NCBI GenBank assembly: GCA_044892505.1
Contig: CM097883.1
Span: 375,968,001-376,032,000, forward strand
Length of the DNA: 64,000 nt
Source of the DNA: Schmidtea nova
Lineage: Eukaryota
Direction: 5' to 3'
Positions 62,717-64,000 of the stretch are shown here, piece after piece. The position numbers were made by a program, and so were the translations under genes. The notes beneath the pieces are model-generated. The model saw only the letters and a list, made by a program, of their open reading frames with translations. It made no database searches and was not told the DNA's origin. Position 1 is the stretch's first letter; each line of letters opens with the position of its first letter.

Positions 62717-64000
62717 TCTTTTTCGATTGTTGAATAGTTTTTTTCATGCGGTTTCAATGATCGACTAGCATATGCGATTACATGATCTTTTTCTCTTTCA
62801 GCCTTTTGTCCTAATACCTCTCCCAAAGCAAAACCGCTTGCGTCTGTCATTAACATAAATGTCTTTGTGAAGTCAGGACATCGTAATATTGGGTTCATCA
62901 TTAATTTTTGTTTGAGTATCTCGAAAACATCCTGCTGAGCTTTGCCCCACACGAATTTCGTAGTTTTCGTTAATAGCGTCGTTAATGGTTGAGCAACATG
63001 TACAAAGTTTCTAATAAATTTTCTGTAATAGCTTGCTAACCCGAGAAATTGTCTAATATCATCAATATTTTTTGGAGTTGGATAATCTTTAATTTTCTTA
63101 ACATTTTCTGGATTTGGTTGTAGACCTCTTCGTGAAATGATGTGTCCAACATACACTACCTCTGATTTTCCCCATTCACATTTTGATGGTTTGATTTTGA
63201 GATTTGCTTCTCTGAGCCGTTTAAATACCGTTTCCACATCTCTCATATGCTCTTCGAAATTACACGAGAAGATTATAATATCATCTATATACACCAAAGC
63301 GTGTGGAATATCTCGCAGCACAAAATTCATTCCTCTTTGAAATGTCTGGTGCACCTATTAAATCAAATGGTAAAACATTAAATTCATACAAACCTTTTCC
63401 ATCTGAAAACGCTGTTTTCCCTTTATCTGTCTATTTAACTTTGAATTGATTTATTTAAATCAATAACAGTAAAATATTGAGCTTTTCCCATTTTGTCAAA
63501 CATTTCCTGGGGAACCGGAATTGGATACGTATCTTTTCTTGTCACTTGATTCAACTTTCTATAGTCAATACAAAATCTTAGTTCACCGTCTTTCTTCTTG
63601 ACCACAACAATAGAGGAAGAAATGGTGAAAAACTCTCTCTAATAATATGAAATTCTTTCATAGCCTTTATTTGTCTATCGCTTTCGTTTTGATGTGCATA
63701 CGCAATTCTGTATGGCCGTAATTTAATTGGAGTTTCGTCAATTAATGGGATTGCATGCTCAATTATATGAGTTACTCCCAGGTCATACTCATGTTTCGCA
63801 AAAATATCTTGATATTTTCTCAACAATTTTGTAAATTTTTGTATTTGCTCTTGCGTCAACTCGTTGTGGTTATTTATATATTTTAATATTTTTTGGTAAT
63901 CTTTTATTATCGATTTTTAGGATTTTTGTTAGCTTTCCTAATTTCGTTTTTGGTTTTAATGACACTTCTTTGTCGTTATTGTTAGTGATACGAATAGGAA
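62717..64000 (-). pseudogene. Gypsy reverse transcriptase and N-terminal RNase H
   Basis: PIKLRPYR, RFCIDYRKLN, YIDD, FLGLASYYRKFI, TDASG and YASRSL...NYSTIEK; frameshifts; runs off the window edge. Confidence 0.95.

Overview
AT-rich eukaryotic genomic DNA with four assembly gaps and long (TA)n/(AAT)n tracts. A 53-nt GT-AG intron and the TE repertoire are compatible with a freshwater planarian, but that is inference only. The window is mostly a graveyard of transposable elements: several hAT transposons (two large ones and two MITEs with perfect 8-bp TSDs), Merlin, pogo-like, mariner and piggyBac-type relics, a ~155-bp satellite, and fragments of Ty3/Gypsy LTR retroelements. The only clear host-gene material is the last two exons of an acyl-CoA dehydrogenase and an intronless, damaged TDP-43 (TARDBP) copy. 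No rRNA, tRNA or CRISPR array was recognised. The most unusual signals are in the retroelements. (1) An env-like-bearing Gypsy element carries a DEDDh (REX4/ISG20-like) exonuclease just before its PPT and 3' LTR, and a second diverged copy of that cassette lies elsewhere in the window. (2) An LTR and leader contain two arrays of short RNA hairpins with compensatory base changes, upstream of a coiled-coil ORF with an Arg/Lys-rich motif. (3) Two further structured motifs are conserved between otherwise unrelated flanks. (4) A class III (gB/chuvirus-like) glycoprotein fragment is present. Structure calls were made by eye; no folding or database search was run.
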